A DNA stretch of 27,592 nucleotides from Candidatus Micrarchaeia archaeon (GTDB lineage Archaea; Micrarchaeota; Micrarchaeia; Micrarchaeales; CABMGC01): the NCBI GenBank assembly GCA_049966395.1, contig JBMFUT010000008.1, positions 1 through 27,592 on the forward strand, read 5' to 3'. Shown here in pieces: positions 26,262 to 27,592 of the stretch. A program made the translations under genes and the position numbers. The stretch's first letter is position 1, and every line of letters begins with the position of its first letter. Below the pieces are notes generated by a model. The model was given only the letters and a program-made list of their open reading frames with translations. It made no database searches and was not told the origin of the DNA.

Positions 26262-26621
26262 ATGGACGTATATGTAGAAAAGCCTAAGTGTACCGGATGC
26301 AACCACTGCGTTGACGTATGCCCTGTGGCTGTGTTCGAAGAGCGCGACAGAAAGAACATAGAAGAGGTAAACAAGGACAGCGCGCCAGACGATGTTAAAT
26401 GGACAGGAAAGCCTGACAAGGCAGTCTACGACAAATGGATCAATGTTAACGATGGGCACAGGCACTTTGCAGATACTCCGGAAAATGGAAGCGGTGGAAT
26501 TTCAGTAGCGGTTAACGGCTCGGCGTGCATACTTTGCCAAGCGTGCCTTGTTGAGTGCGAGGGAGAATGCATAGTCATTCACGACGACTCAGGCAACGTA
26601 TACAGGTCAATATACAAATAG
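26262..26621 (+). CDS. 2x[4Fe-4S] ferredoxin with long inter-cluster insertion
   Basis: CTGCNHCVDVCP (C10-C20) and CILCQACLVEC (C89-C99). Confidence 0.88.
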   Translation: MDVYVEKPKCTGCNHCVDVCPVAVFEERDRKNIEEVNKDSAPDDVKWTGKPDKAVYDKWINVNDGHRHFADTPENGSGGISVAVNGSACILCQACLVECEGECIVIHDDSGNVYRSIYK

Positions 26622-26700
26622 CCGAAGCAAAGCACAAGTCTAAGACAAGCGTCACAAACCGTTTTGCGCGTGTAGCCTTGCCGTCGATTGCAAACTCCTT

Positions 26701-26973
26701 TCAATCCTGATCTCTTTTTGCAGAGATCATGCTTTTAGCTAAACCATACGCGCACAAAGCAGTGAAGCCGAAACTTACTACTGCTATCGTAAATGCGTCT
26801 TTGGCTATACCTTGAAGTTGCGGATTGCCCAAGACATCCATATAGATCCTGGAAAATATATAGCCGAAATAGCTCCCAACAAGCAAGCCTCCTAAATTCA
26901 ATACAGATTTTATGGGCACATCCTCTTTGCCTGCTTCTGCTCTGCCTTTGCTTTCGATTTGAGCCAATGTCAT
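26701..26973 (-). CDS. Small two-TM membrane protein, unknown function
   Basis: 90 aa with two hydrophobic segments; AT-rich promoter-like region upstream. Confidence 0.65.
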   Translation of the reverse strand: MTLAQIESKGRAEAGKEDVPIKSVLNLGGLLVGSYFGYIFSRIYMDVLGNPQLQGIAKDAFTIAVVSFGFTALCAYGLAKSMISAKRDQD

Positions 26974-27099
26974 TTAGTCACATAATTTTTTGAGTTTTTA
27001 TCATATTTAAATCTTGCGAAACTTCGAAAAAAATATGCTATATTTAATGATTTTGACATAGGCAAAGCTAGGCCCTAAAATATCAAACAAACAGAAAGA

Positions 27100-27592
27100 A
27101 GCAGAGTTGCTTTTATACGTTAGTAGTGGTACGCTCACAGATCGCTTGCGCTTTCTGCTTGCACGCCCACCCTATCAAGGTCGTGTACTACAACCGTCCT
27201 AATGCCTCGTTTCGGATTTGGCTTCGTCCTTAGATGCTTTCAGGACTTATCCATTAGCGCGTGGCTACCCGGCAATGCAAAAAACAACCGGTAGACTAGA
27301 GGCGCCGATGCCCCGTTCCTCTCGTATTGAGGGCATCTTATCCTCAGGCACTTACACTCCCAGTAGATATTACCGTACTGTCTCGCGACGTACTGAACTC
27401 AGCTCATGTAGGTCTTTAATGGACGAGCAGTCCAGCCCTTGGCGGCTACTGCACCGCCAGGATGACCTAAGCCCATATCGGTGTATCAAACGGCTGGGTC
27501 GATGTGAACTCTCACCAGCCACGAACCGGTTACCTCCAGAGTAACTTGTTTGACAGCTTGGAGCCCCATTAAAAGAGCTTCCAACGTTCGTT
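27100..27592 (-). rRNA. rrl: 23S rRNA, 3' portion (domain V/VI); 3' end approximate, gene continues beyond window
   Basis: Minus strand contains CGUCGCGAGACAG (H93), UACGAGAGGAAC (sarcin-ricin loop), CUGAAAGCAUCUAAG and GAGUUCACAUCGAC. Confidence 0.97.

Noticed and set aside
27218..27544. 108-aa plus-strand ORF
   Set aside because: Antisense to 23S rRNA; shadow ORF.
1..27592. CRISPR array, tRNA genes, intact transposase/TnpB, or a target for the putative guide
   Set aside because: No regularly spaced repeats, cloverleafs or RuvC/Y1 ORFs were seen, and no match to GATAGCCAGTGCAATTGCCG was found by eye (not an exhaustive search).

Overview
Archaeal core-genome window, most consistent with a DPANN lineage such as Micrarchaeota (inferred from gene content, divergent proteins and unlinked rRNA genes; no search was run). 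It holds pfdA-ftsY and a fragmented ribosomal superoperon: rnp1-uS17-uL14-uL24-eS4-uL5-uS14-uS8-uL6-eL32-eL19-uL18-uS5, a detached uL30-uL15 without secY, and spt5-uL11 separated from uL1-uL10-P1. Also present are a stand-alone 5S rRNA, the 3' end of 23S rRNA, a prenyltransferase-IPK-Nudix operon, pyrH, hsp20, trm5, a KH-less beta-CASP nuclease, tldD/tldE, a ferredoxin and a pilin-like protein. Three signals stand out. (1) A ~260 bp element with no intact protein gene at 1735-1995 (minus) looks like an internally deleted IS200/IS605 tnpB element that keeps a promoter and omegaRNA/right end; a second diverged copy of its left end lies at ~17320-17455, directly upstream of uL30. (2) The 23S rRNA has many substitutions at near-universal peptidyl-transferase-centre positions and at the sarcin-ricin bulged G. 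(3) A circularly permuted uL1-binding motif covers the rpl1 Shine-Dalgarno.
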